Positions 1-10,003 of a stretch of 64,000 nt of DNA are shown here, piece by piece. The number at the start of each line of letters is the position of its first letter. The stretch's first letter is position 1. Location: NCBI GenBank assembly GCA_001179505.1, contig CDMY01000383.1, positions 1-64,000 on the forward strand, in the 5' to 3' direction. The notes under the pieces are model-generated. The model was not told where the DNA came from and did no database searches. It was given only the letters and a program-made list of their open reading frames with translations. The DNA is from Vitrella brassicaformis CCMP3155. Lineage: Eukaryota; Protista; Chromerida. The translations under genes were made by a program, and so were the position numbers.

Positions 1-714
1 CACCCAGTGGGACCTGGCCCACTGGGAGCGAAGGGCCGTGTGTTGAGGGTTATGACCCTTGGACGGTCATCCGTGAGTCGCCGTGGGCGCAGTCGACTTT
101 CGGGTCGTTTGTGCTGGACCCTGATGAGAGGGTGTACCCCGCTGTGGCGACGGCCGTGCTTCGGGCGGTCATCATTGGCAGCGATGTGGGCAGGCAGCTC
201 CAGTCGGTGACCATCAGCCACTTCGTCCAGGTGAGAGAGGCGAAACGCTCAGGCAACGAGGGAGGAGTGTTCTCATTGCCTTTGTCCTTTCATGTGGCCA
301 CAGGTGACGACCTACTTCAATACCTCGCGAACCCCTTCGCTCCAGCAGCTGGAAATCAGTCGCTGCTCCATGCCCTACGTTTGCCAGTCGTCATCCGTCA
401 CCCCGTCCCCTACCCCCTTCGGCCTCAAGACGTTCATCTGGCGGAAGAACCTGGTCTCCGGCGAGAGCCTGTCACTCCCCACCTTCGTTCCCGTGCTGTG
501 GTGGTGCGAAGGGCTCCAGTGCCTGCATCTCCTCAACGTGGACATATCGCTGCAGAGGAACAACGAGTGCCGGCTGCTCACGCAGCTGCCGCTCCTCGAG
601 GAGCTAGCACTGGAGATGGGGTCGAGAGAGCTAGATTTGGCCATGCTCTTGCGGGCCATATTCCGCACCCAGCATCTTGCAGCGGGCGATGCAGCGGGCG
701 TGTGTGTGGGTTGA
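1..714 (+). CDS. 3' part of an LRR-like/F-box-type hypothetical protein (5' end outside window or degenerate)
   Basis: Frame 3 is open from base 3 to a GT donor at 231. Intron 231-303 ends CAG. Exon 304-714 encodes LQQLEISRCS...LQCLHLLNVDI...LPLLEELALEM, Leu-rich repeat-like spacing. Confidence 0.5.
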
Positions 715-946
715 TGAGATCAGGAAACAGTACAAACGACTCGCGCTGGTAAGAAGGGACGCCGCTAGCACGAGACAAGGGTGCTGCGTATCTATCGTGC
801 GGCATGCGGGGCTTGGTATGTGTGTGCAGAAGGTTCACCAAGACAAGCCTGGTGGCTCCAAGGAGCAGTCCCAGGAGTTGTCCGAGGCCTACGAGTTTTT
901 CAAGGCTGAGTTTGACAACTGGAACTGGACAGACGAAGCCGCCAAG
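713..946 (+). pseudogene. J-like (DnaJ) domain fragment with HQD instead of HPD
   Basis: Exons 713-748 (DEIRKQYKRLAL) and 830-946 (KVHQDKPGGSKEQSQELSEAYEFFK) joined by a GT-AG intron 749-829. Matches J-domain helices II-III; no helix I or start codon found. Confidence 0.7.
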
Positions 947-1121
947 GTGGGCAGCGCAGAGGGCATACACGTGGCTGGCCGCCGTAATGAGTGAATGGAT
1001 TCCTCCTTCGTGTGTGTGTATGTATGGTGCGTCAGAGGAAGGCGGAGGACCTTTTGGCCGAGGTAGGTCGGGGAGGAAGGAAGGCACCCGTGTGCGTGTC
1101 TCGTGTCTGTGTGTGCACCAG

Positions 1122-1765
1122 ATAGATCCCAAGCTCTCAGAGAGAGAGAGAGGAAAAGATAGCCCGCCGCACGCCGCTTGCCGCTGCCGTAAAAAGGCAG
1201 AGCCTCACGAGCAGACGCCTCGACGTCCCCGATGTCTACGCCGACTCCAGGGGGGCCCACGTGTGGAAGTTTCTGCGCATGAAGCGCGAGCACCCTGCGG
1301 TGAGCAAGAGACGGGAGGCACACCGGCACACTGGCAGGCAAGACCATCAACAATTCTTGTTTGCGTACTTCCTGCAGGAGTGCAAGGCCTTCCTGGAGTC
1401 GGTCCGGGACATGAAGCTGATGATGCTCAAGTACGATGCCGACGCCGAGCAGGTACGTACGTACATCGCACACACATCCATCTGCACACAAGACACGACC
1501 AACTGATCCTCTCTGCTGTGCTGTGCTCTCTGGGCAATCCGCCGTTCTGCAGAAGGAAGCTGCCAAGACCTCCACCGCCCACCCCAGCCAGCACCAGCAG
1601 CAGCCTGCCGGCACCACCACGAAGCTGCTCGTTAGGGCTGGGGAGTGGGGTGAGGGCGCCGATGGCTATTATGCCAGCGCCCTCACCCAGTGGGACCTGG
1701 CCCACTGGCAGCGGAGGGGGGCGTGTTGGGTGGTCACGTGGACGGTGCCCGAGGAGGGGTGCTGA
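1122..1765 (+). pseudogene. Unknown 3-exon 'family X' copy 1 with Trp-rich tail
   Basis: Exons 1122-1299 (..IARRTPLAAAVKRQSLTSRRLDVPDVYADS..HPA), 1378-1452 (ECKAFLESVRDMK..) and 1553-1765 (KEAAK..GYYASALTQWDLAHW..). Apparent frameshift in a (GA)n run near 1140. Confidence 0.55.
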
Positions 1766-2163
1766 CGTGGGTGCTGCTGCGTCGAGGCGAGGAGGGCGGT
1801 GGCGAGGGGCGCCCGATTCGTCGGTGCGTTCCTCGAGGCAGCGGCTGACGATGCCGGCCGCTGCCTCAAAGCCCTCCTCTTTTGAGGGGCGGTCGGCCGT
1901 CTTGGGTGTGGGCCGTTAGCGGCGTCCGAGATGGTCGACCGCATTTCCTTTTCTTTTCACCCCCTCCCTCGCCCTTTTGCTTTTCGGCCCCGCCCCCCCG
2001 TCGCAGCCCACCCATCTCGCCCCCGACGCAGCCGGGCTCGTGTCCTCGCTTGGCTCCGCCCCTGTCCATCCACCCTCACGAGCACGCCCGCCCCGTTTCA
2101 TGCCGCTTCGTCGGCCCTCCACTCTCATCATTGGCTGGACCAGGGAAGCCTTCTCGCCTGGAG

Positions 2164-2458
2164 CAAGCGCCGCGGCTTCATCACGTTCCCTCACCAGCAG
2201 GTCCACCTGCCCTATGTGCCCAGCGGCTCCGCATCGCGGCCTCGTGTCCCTCATGAGGAAGGTACGTGCCTATATCATGGGCACATCAATCCAGTTACAC
2301 AACATTTGAGGCTCTCTGCTGTGCTGTGCTGTGCTGTGCTCTCTGGTCAATCCGCCTTTATGCAGAAGCAGCCGACCGCCGCCCGCAGCGGCACCCAGGA
2401 GAGAAGGCCAAGGCCCGCGCAGCTCGAGGCCGAGGACAGGGCGGCTGGGGGTTCGCCC
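2164..2458 (+). pseudogene. Degenerate family X copy 2
   Basis: AAASSRSLTSR / VHLPYVPSG resembles AAAVKRQSLTSRRLDVPDVY across a frameshift. Its intron (donor gtacgt ~2262) has a 3' end nearly identical to intron 1453-1552 (ctctgctgtgctgtgctctctgg.caatccgcc..tgcag). Confidence 0.45.
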
Positions 2459-2459
2459 A

Positions 2460-2480
2460 ATCGTTGCCTACATTTTATAT
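2460..2480 (+). repeat. 21-nt conserved motif, copy 1 of 8 (ATCGTTGCCTACATTTTATAT)
   Basis: Read directly. Identical to the copy at 14141. Confidence 0.9.
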
Positions 2481-2719
2481 ATTGTTGGCATCGTATTTCT
2501 CACCTTCATGCACCGACACCCTCATCGACGGACGCCACGTGAGTGCAGACACAGCTGACTAGTATGGTGTGGGCCAATGCATCTTTTTGGCCGCCCAGAC
2601 AGCGCACACACAAGGTGAGCCCGTGAGTCAGTGACGCACACAGACACACAGGCGAAGGCAATGTAGACAGGCGCCAGCTGAAGTCACGTGTCTCTCTCTC
2701 TGTGTCTGTGTGTGTCCAG

Positions 2720-3567
2720 GTGCATTGTGGGTGCGGTGGGTTGCTGCTCATGATCCCGAGCAGCAATCCCTCTTGAACGACGATTCAACGGTGCCCCCTG
2801 CCGTACTCGCCGCCCAAGGCGCCATGGTTCTTGCCGAAACACGACCGGGTGTGACTGCATTACATGGAGGTGCGGAGCGGGCCGAGCAGGGGCCAGGTGA
2901 CGCGCAGCTGACGGAGAGCGAAGGCATCCCGATCACCAAGTAGATTCATGTGTATCCCGTCAAGGCACCTCCATTCCTGTCCACACATGTGTGCATTCTG
3001 ATGCGTGCAGCGGCACTGTCACCCGGTTTGCTGACCTGCAGTGGCTGGATGATGAGAGTATCAACGCCCTGCTGAAGCTCGCTGAGCAGTGGGCCATGCA
3101 GCAGAGGCGGTAAGTGCATCCACACATCGCCCCACACGCCAACACACACCCGGCCCTTCCATCCATCGACTGTGTGTGTGGATGTATGTATGTACATGGT
3201 ACGAATCCAGCGGCGTGCCGAAGGTGTGAATGCCGAGCACATTCTTCTGGCCGAAAGCGGTCAGGGTGACGCCGGGCAGGTACCAATACGACTACAGCGC
3301 TGTGAGTCGGTGGAGCAGCCAGGTGAGTAAAGTCTCGGCCTGATGGACTTCAGGTACACATGCACACGTCTTCCGTCCGTCCGTCTGTCTGTCTGTCTGT
3401 CTGTACGCATGTATTTGTTTGTGTGTGTGCCCATCACACCGACAGGCGCAAGCGCATCCGTGTGCTGGACTCTCTGGGGGGCGGCGGCACCAACTGGAGC
3501 AAGGAGAGCAATGCCACGTGAGCATGCACACACGCACTGATGGCCAACACGCACGGATACGGGGCTC

Positions 3568-3599
<32 letters not shown>

Positions 3600-4181
3600 G
3601 TGCCATGTCTGAAGGTTCTTCCACTGTATCACCAGGTACCTGAAGGACGAGCACGCCGCCAAACTCAAGCGTGAGATGCCGGACATCGCACGGTGGAGCA
3701 AGGAAGACGAGCTCAGTGCTTGAGATGCCACCCCTCCATTCACCCCTCCGTCCACACGCCGCGCACACCTGTCTATCTATCTACTTGATGCAGGATCAGC
3801 TGCCGCAGCAGACGAACATGTGCGACTGCGGCATGTTTATGCTGCTCTTTGCCTTCTGCATGCTCACCAATACGTAAGCACAGAAGGCTCACGAACACTG
3901 AGGTATGCGCACTTTGTCCGCTTATCCACCTCTTGCTGCGTATGTGAGGCCGCTGAAGGAAATAGACTGCGAGAGGAGCAGGTCATACGCGATCTATGCG
4001 ACCGGACAGCGCGACCTCGACAGGGCCGACCTCATCACAAGGGCGCGGAGGCTGCTGGTACGGACATAGACGCCCTTGTGTATATGTGTGGAACAGCTAC
4101 ACGAGATGTCTGTGTGTGTGCTGTGCTGTGCTGCAGGCGTTGAGTATCATGAGGGGCGTGCCGCCCATGTACACATACTGA
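2720..4181 (+). pseudogene. ULP1/SENP-like SUMO protease (peptidase C48) pseudogene
   Basis: Spliced motifs GIPITNGTVTRFADLQWLDDESIN; V*MPSTFFWPK..YDYSAVSRW (TGA at 3227-3229); GLMDFRRKRIRVLDSLGG; YLKDEHAAK; PQQTNMCDCGMF. The segment carrying the catalytic His is missing. Confidence 0.8.
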
Positions 4182-4229
4182 TCATCAGTGCGTGTTTCAT
4201 GCTGCCTGTGTGGATCAGTGTCAAAAAGC

Positions 4230-4704
4230 AGAGTGGGGCAGACAAGACGAGGTCAGTTTCATGAGAGGGCATCTATCCACAGGACCAGCCCCCCGACCCA
4301 CCCGTAGCACCGCATACATGCACTTGTCTGTGTACTTGATGCAGGATCAGCTGCCGCAGCAGACCAATGGGTGTGACTGCGGCATGTTCATGCTGCTCTT
4401 TGCCTTCTGGATCCTCACCAATACGTAAGCACAGAAAGCCCTCGCACTTTGTCCGCTTATCCACCTCTTGCTGCGTATCTGTGCAGACCCCTGAAGGAGG
4501 TCGACTGGGAGAGAAGCGCGTCGTACGCCCTGTATCGGACCGGACAGCGCGACCTCGATCAGGCCGATTTTAACACAAGGGCGCGGAGGCTGCTGATACG
4601 TACACAGACACACTTATGGAACAGCCATACGAAATGTCTGTGTGTGTGCTGTGCTGTGCTGTGCTGCAGGCGTTGAGTATCATGAGGGGCGATCTGCCCA
4701 TGTA
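4230..4704 (+). repeat. Tandem duplicate of the ULP1 C-terminal exons and introns (other copy ~3700-4171)
   Basis: DQLPQQTNGCDCGMFMLLFAFWILTN vs DQLPQQTNMCDCGMFMLLFAFCMLTN, RPLKEVDWERSASY vs RPLKEIDCERSRSY, and ALSIMRG in both. Introns are also alignable. Confidence 0.9.
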
Positions 4705-4811
4705 TGGAGACGACAGACAGGAAGACAAACAGACAGACAGACAAGAAGACAAACAGACAGATAGAGAGACAAACAGACAGACAGCGAGAGAGAGAGAGAG
4801 AGAGAGATAGG

Positions 4812-5545
4812 ATGCCTGAGGCTGTTGGTGCCGCTGCTGCTGCCGGGGGGTGGCCCTCGCGCTGGCCGCGGGTGAGGGAAGGGGAGGACCCTCGAGTGTT
4901 CACCAGTATGGCCATGAAGCTCGATGAGGAGAACCCCGAGGTAGGCAGAAGTGTAGGGAGGCGCGCTGCAAAGTGGAGTTTTCTGTCTGATGCGTCTGAT
5001 GTTCTGGTGCAGGAGTTCAACCTGTGGATGCAAGCGAGCGGCGGCCCCGGCATCCTGCTGGAGGCGAAAGCGCGGTGCGCGGACGTAAGTAACACATGCG
5101 AGAGCTTCTACAATGGAACTCTCATAAGTGGCAGCACTGTACGCTTTGTTTCTCTGCTGCTGCTGTGTGCCTGGTACAGCAAATCGCCAAGGAGGCGAGG
5201 GCGGAGGCCAAGGAGCTGACGGCTAAGGCTCAGGAGCTGACGGCCAAGCCCGACAAGGCACGGCCAGGGCCGCGGAGGCGAGGGCCATCAAGCAAGGCAA
5301 CAACGGCACCACGGCCCGCCCTGCTGGCCCTCATACTCCCGCCGCCTATCCGCCGCCCATCTGCTACTACCACCTGCCCCCGGTCCAGCCCAAGGCGGTG
5401 CTGCCCATGGAGTTCACGGCCTGGGGGTCGGTGGCGGTGAGGGGTCCGCCTCCCGTCCCCTCCCACGAGGAGGGGTGGTACCATGACGACGTCAATGGTC
5501 TCACCTGTGGGAGTGGGACGGGGAGGAGGGGCTGTGGTGGGTGAG
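4812..5545 (+). pseudogene. Family X copy 3
   Basis: Exons 4812-4940 (..MKLDEENPE), 5013-5084 (EFNLWMQASGGPGILLEAKARCAD) and 5180- (QIAKEARAEAK..). Trp-rich tail GWYHDDVNG / LWEWDGEEGLWWV needs a frameshift. Confidence 0.55.
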
Positions 5546-5960
5546 GGGGGCCACCCAAGACTGCTGGATGCGGTGCGTGAGCGGGTTCTGGTTCGGGCTG
5601 TGGGGGCTGGCTGGGGAAAGTAACCTCGTCTGTTCTGTATGACATGACTGGCTGTCTGTCTGTCTGACTGTCCGTCTGCCTGCCTGTCCGTTTGCCACCC
5701 ATTCGTCCGTCCGTCCGTCTGTCTGCCTGCCTATCTGTCTGCCTGTCTGTCTGCATTTTTGCCCTGTGTCCGATAGTGTGGCCCCCTCACCCCCACCCTC
5801 ACTCCCGCCACAACAGCCCCTCGGCCTCCCCCTCACCACCCTTACCACCCCCAGCTCCCTCTCTTATCGAACGACAGAGAACCGCAACGGCAGCAGCGGC
5901 GGCGGCATCCCACAGACCAGGCAGATCAGCACGAGGAGGACCGACGAGGCCCGCAGGAGC

Positions 5961-6270
5961 ATGGCAGTCATCTCGGAGACGGAGCTGATGTGCGTGGTGC
6001 CGGCGAATGTGCCTGCCGCGGAGACCTACGTGGTGTTTTTCTTGCGTCTGATCTCCGGCGGGACGATTCAGAATCTCGATCGAGGCCTGCTCACACACAT
6101 CTTCTACTACAGACAACCGGTGAGGGGAAACAAAATGAAACCGACAAACCGACAGCCAAGTAAGTCCACGCCTCTGTGCTATGTGCTCGTTGCAGGACTT
6201 CGATGTCGAGTTGGCTGAGCCACTCTCTGGTCCCCTCACCGGCGGCACTCATGTATCGTTGTACGCCGAC
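5961..6270 (+). pseudogene. IPT/TIG (Ig-like) repeat fragment
   Basis: VISETELMCVVPA..THIFYY is the end of one TIG repeat. After intron 6120-6195, DFDVELAEPLSGPLTGGTHVSLY is the start of the next (P.SGP..GGT.V pattern). Confidence 0.6.
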
Positions 6271-6727
6271 TCGACCACCGGGCGCGAGGAAAGCGAGGTA
6301 AGGAAGCGGTTCTGTGAGACATTAACGCTGCGAAATCTCATTCAGGCTCTTCTGCTCAGGGCGTCCTCTGTCTGATGTTCTGCTGTGCAGGAGTTCTGCC
6401 AGTGGGTGCAGGCGAACGGCAGCCCTAACATCCTGCTGGAGGCGAAAGCGCGGTGCGCCGACGTAAGTGACACATGCGAGACCTGCAATGGAAACTTCGT
6501 ATGTGGCAACACTGTACGCTTCGTTTCTGTGATATGTTGCTGCGTGTATGGTGCAGCACAAATCCAACAAGGAGACGGCGAAGGCCAAGGAAGAGGACGA
6601 CGTAAATGGCATGATGCTGTGGGAGCGGGGAGAGGGCAACACATGGTGGGTGCGGCCCGGCAAGATTGGTGGATGAGGATGGTGTGGGGGCTTTACTCCA
6701 TATGGTGGGGCGCCGACGTCGACAGAG
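6262..6727 (+). pseudogene. Family X copy 4 (partial)
   Basis: Exon 6391-6462 EFCQWVQANGSPNILLEAKARCAD shares a 30-nt identical stretch with copy 3, the following intron is homologous, and the tail reads EDDVNGMMLWERGEGNTWWV. Confidence 0.6.
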
Positions 6728-6805
6728 GTGAGACACAGGAACAATCCTGTCAGTCAGACAAGACGTGACATTGTTTGGTCTCTTGTGCAGGCAGACTGTT
6801 GGCTG

Positions 6806-6826
6806 ATCGCTGTTTACATTTTATAT
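6806..6826 (+). repeat. 21-nt motif copy 2 (ATCGCTGTTTACATTTTATAT)
   Basis: Read directly. Confidence 0.85.
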
Positions 6827-6949
6827 TTGGATGTCTCGGCCAAAATTCACTACCGCTTCCTGTACCGAAGGGTTGGTGCAAGTATGTTGCGTTCTGTCAC
6901 GGGAGGCCGTCCCGCCGAGGAGAGGAAGAGAAGGAGAGAGAGAGAGACG

Positions 6950-7590
6950 ATGAGCGCACGCACCGCCGCCGCTGCCGTCGTGAGGCAAAAACTCTTGAGT
7001 AGGGGAATCGACCTGCCGGATGTGTACAGTGACGACTGCAAGACCGTCGCGAATAAGTACGACATCCTCCTGCGCAACCACCCTGAGGTGAGGAGGGCAG
7101 AGAGGCGCATGCACCATTGCGCAGTGGCACCAGGGGCATCGACAACGTTCATTCGTTTGTTTGTTCTCTTACTGTAGGCTTACCGTGAGTGGATGGGCTC
7201 GCTGCGCGGCACTCAGGAGGGGCGGGACTTTGCCCTAATGGGCCTCAAATACGTAGAGGAGCTGCAGAAGGTATGTCAGACGCACATCCATCCACACGTG
7301 GAATACGTGACACTCTGTGTGCTGTATTCCAGAAGGAAAAGGCCGCCAAGGATGCGAAGGCCGCCACGGCCGCGAAAGGTCCCACCGCCAGCACCACCCG
7401 CCAGCAGCAGACCACCCAGCAGCAGCAGGCCACACAGAAGCACACCCCTGCCCCAGCAGCGGCCACAAGTGGCCTCACCACCACCATACCGCAGACCTAC
7501 GTGCCGCCCTACATGCCGCCGCCCTACATGCCGCGCCGCCCTCTGCGTTCCCGCAGGCGTCCGAGCTCATGTTCCAGTGTGCAGATATGA
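6950..7590 (+). CDS. Family X copy 5 (possibly intact short gene)
   Basis: Exons 6950-7087 (MSARTAAAAVVRQKLLSRGIDLPDVYSD..HPE), 7178-7270 (AYREWMGSLRG..) and 7333-7590 (KEKAAKDAK.., Q/T/P-rich). Phase-0 GT-AG introns at the same positions as copies 1 and 3. Confidence 0.55.
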
Positions 7591-7714
7591 CGTCCAACTC
7601 CATTGCGGCCATAGCCAAGCCAAGCCTGGGGAACATTGGTGAGACACAGAGGAACAATCACTCAGCCACGCCATGGGATTTCCCTGTGGCCATTGTAATG
7701 CAGGTTGTGGACAG

Positions 7715-7735
7715 ATCGCTGTCTGCATTTTATAT
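7715..7735 (+). repeat. 21-nt motif copy 3 (ATCGCTGTCTGCATTTTATAT)
   Basis: Read directly. The ~80 nt downstream are homologous to those after copy 2. Confidence 0.85.
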
Positions 7736-8201
7736 TCCGATGTCTCGGACAGAGTATTATTCTGCTTCCTGTACCGGAGACTTGTTGTGAGTATGTTGCG
7801 TCACCGCTGTCACGGGTCGCGGATTTAGCGAGGCAGGCTGTGTTTGCAGTGAGGAGGATGAGTTTGAGGCGTTCTGAAGGCTAAAGGCAAGAAGGGCAAC
7901 ACAGCTATCAGGGGCAAACACGACCGGCTGGGTGAGGACGAGAGAGACACGCTACACTGTGCGTACGTGTGGCCATGGTGATCATCTGTCTGTTTGTGTT
8001 CTCTGTGTCTTGCTGGCGCAGAGAAAGTCGGCGCCTCAACCTTTCTCCTTTGTTCTGCATAAGGTGTCGCATCTCCCTCTGATGAGCACAGCAGCCCCTC
8101 CAGCACGGCAGGATCCTCTGACGGCCACCCCGGCCAGGTAACCGACGAGGTCGCCTCGCCTCGCCCGTCTTCTTTGCAGTGAGGTTCTGCTGTCGTGCAG
8201 G

Positions 8202-9276
8202 GTGGTGGCGATGATGACCGGATGATGCGTCTGCTCCGTGAGATGGAATTGGAGGGTTGTTCGAAGCTCGCTCCCATAGCGTGAGTTGGGGTCAAAAAGG
8301 GATGGTTCGTGGGCAAAATGCATGCGTCCAGATGGTTTGTGTTTGCAGTGAGGAGGAGGATGACTACGCTGCCCTCGTCAAGCCCAAGGGAAAGAAGGGC
8401 AAGAAGCGCAGCACCAACCGCCAGCAGCAGGAGCAGGCCGACTCGACGCGCCAGCAGCATGGGGGCAACAGGGGCGGGGTGAGTGAGGACAGGAAAGACA
8501 CAGTGGTTGTGGTGTGCTGTGGTGTGGTGTGGTGTGGTGTGGCGACGCTGACCATCTGTCTGTCTGTTTGTATTGATTGTACCCTCTGTGTTTTTGTAGG
8601 TGGTGCAGACCAAGTTGCGCCTCGGCAACATCTCCAAGGACGACGAGGACCAGCCGCCCGAGTCGTTCCTACACGTAAGGACACCCACCCGCTCGCCCGC
8701 CACACCGTCAGTCAGTCCATCGTGCATCCATCGCCATTTGACACATCTGAAAGCCGGAATGCCTCCCTTTTGTGTGAGCAGCCCAAGTTGCCCTCCATCT
8801 GCTCCAAGCTCGACAGTCCCTCGCCTGGCCCCAATCTCGCCCCCGTAGGCACAGCACACATCATCCATTCCACACCACAGCTGATGTAAGTCACACACAA
8901 CGAGCCTGCACACTCCCCCTCTGTCTCTGTCTCTCCCTCTGTGTGTGTGTGTGTGTGTGGATGCCTCCAGAATGAGGTGGACGTCATCAACAATCTGGCC
9001 GCCAAGAACGGCCAAGGGGTCATCATCTCCAAGACCAAGGGCAAGATTAAGTGGAGCAAGGGGTTCCCAGGACCCAGCTCGGGCGCACCGCACGACAGAG
9101 AATCGCAACGGCAGCAGCGGCGGCGGCATCCCACAGCCAAGGCAGCTCAGCACGAGAGGTGGATTTGTCGAACTAACCAGCAGCAAGTGCGAAGCGAGTT
9201 CAAGCGCCTCAGCAGCGTCCAGAAAGGTGCCTTGGCCTCTTCTAGCATATCAAGAGGCACACACAGTAAGCTGTGA
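8202..9276 (+). pseudogene. Multi-exon hypothetical gene remnant
   Basis: Exon-like blocks SEEEDDYAALVKPKGKKGKK, VVQTKLRLGNISKDDED and NEVDVINNLAAKNGQGVIISKTKGKIKWSKG are bounded by GT/AG. A degenerate duplicate of the first block sits at ~7840-7935. Confidence 0.4.
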
Positions 9277-9326
9277 CAGGCACCCGTCAGTGCAGAAGTA
9301 GTTTTTGGCGCCTTCCAGCCGTCGTC

Positions 9327-9910
9327 ATGGCCTCCCCCAACAGCCATGCTGCGTCATCAGCAGCAGCAGCGTCACGCCCCGCCCACACTCTCCGCCTACT
9401 CGACGGCCGTCAGATAGCCCTCGGCCGCCGTCTCAACGGCAACGCCACGGCCATCGGCCGCGTCTACGAGACCGAGCTGCCTCCCACCGGCGGCGCCAGA
9501 TCGTCAGCGCTGAAGCTGTTTGTCCTGCCCAGCAACCACGCGGACAAGAGGGAGCGGCTGATCAAGGATCCCGAGATCGGGCAAGTGCGGCGAGGACTCG
9601 CCCCTCGTCGGCACATACGAGCCCCACTGCCATACCGACCCCAGCAGCCCCGCCACGCTCGTCATCGAGCACCAGCACGGCCACGTGGTGAGGAGGAGTG
9701 TCTGGTCATTGCTCTACAGCTGTTGGCAGGTGAGGGGGCGATGCATGCAGACCAATACACGATTCATGCACACATGGACCTCTCTGTGTCTCTCTTTTCT
9801 GTGTTAGGCAAGGAGTGGCAGCCGGTCGACGACTTCCTGAAGGAGCACAGCTTCAGCAAGCTGGCTCAGCTGAAGGAGACGAGGCCGAGAAGGACCCCGA
9901 GGACATGGAG
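9327..9910 (+). pseudogene. Protein kinase N-lobe fragment, frameshifted
   Basis: LGRRLNGNATAIGRVYE (Gly-loop-like) and ALKLF (VAIK-like). After a +1 shift near 9580 it reads CGEDSPLVGTYE..LVIEH. No HRD follows before motif copy 4. Confidence 0.55.
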
Positions 9911-10003
9911 GGTCGATGGCAGGCACAGCACAAGAGACATGATGTCTTCTCCGTCTGTCGAGTATTGTTTGGTGTGGTGTCGGTATGGTCAGGTCGCTCG
10001 AGG

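Noticed and set aside
2460-2480. Resemblance of the motif to the dinoflagellate spliced leader (DCCGTAGCCATTTTGGCTCAAG)
   Set aside because: Only CGTnGCC and CATTTT are shared. The GGCTCAAG half is absent, and downstream fragments keep introns, unlike SL-relic retrogenes.
2461-2562. A|TC...CTAG|T as a complete 102-nt mini-Helitron
   Set aside because: No convincing GC-rich subterminal hairpin before CTAG and no equivalent end after the other motif copies, so it may be chance.
3227-3229. In-frame TGA in ULP1 as selenocysteine or readthrough
   Set aside because: The position is not catalytic, no SECIS was seen, and the gene has other disabling lesions.
7825-9186. 453-aa minus-strand ORF
   Set aside because: It is antisense to + strand exons and runs through intron microsatellites (HTHTH, TTPHH). 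No domain signal.
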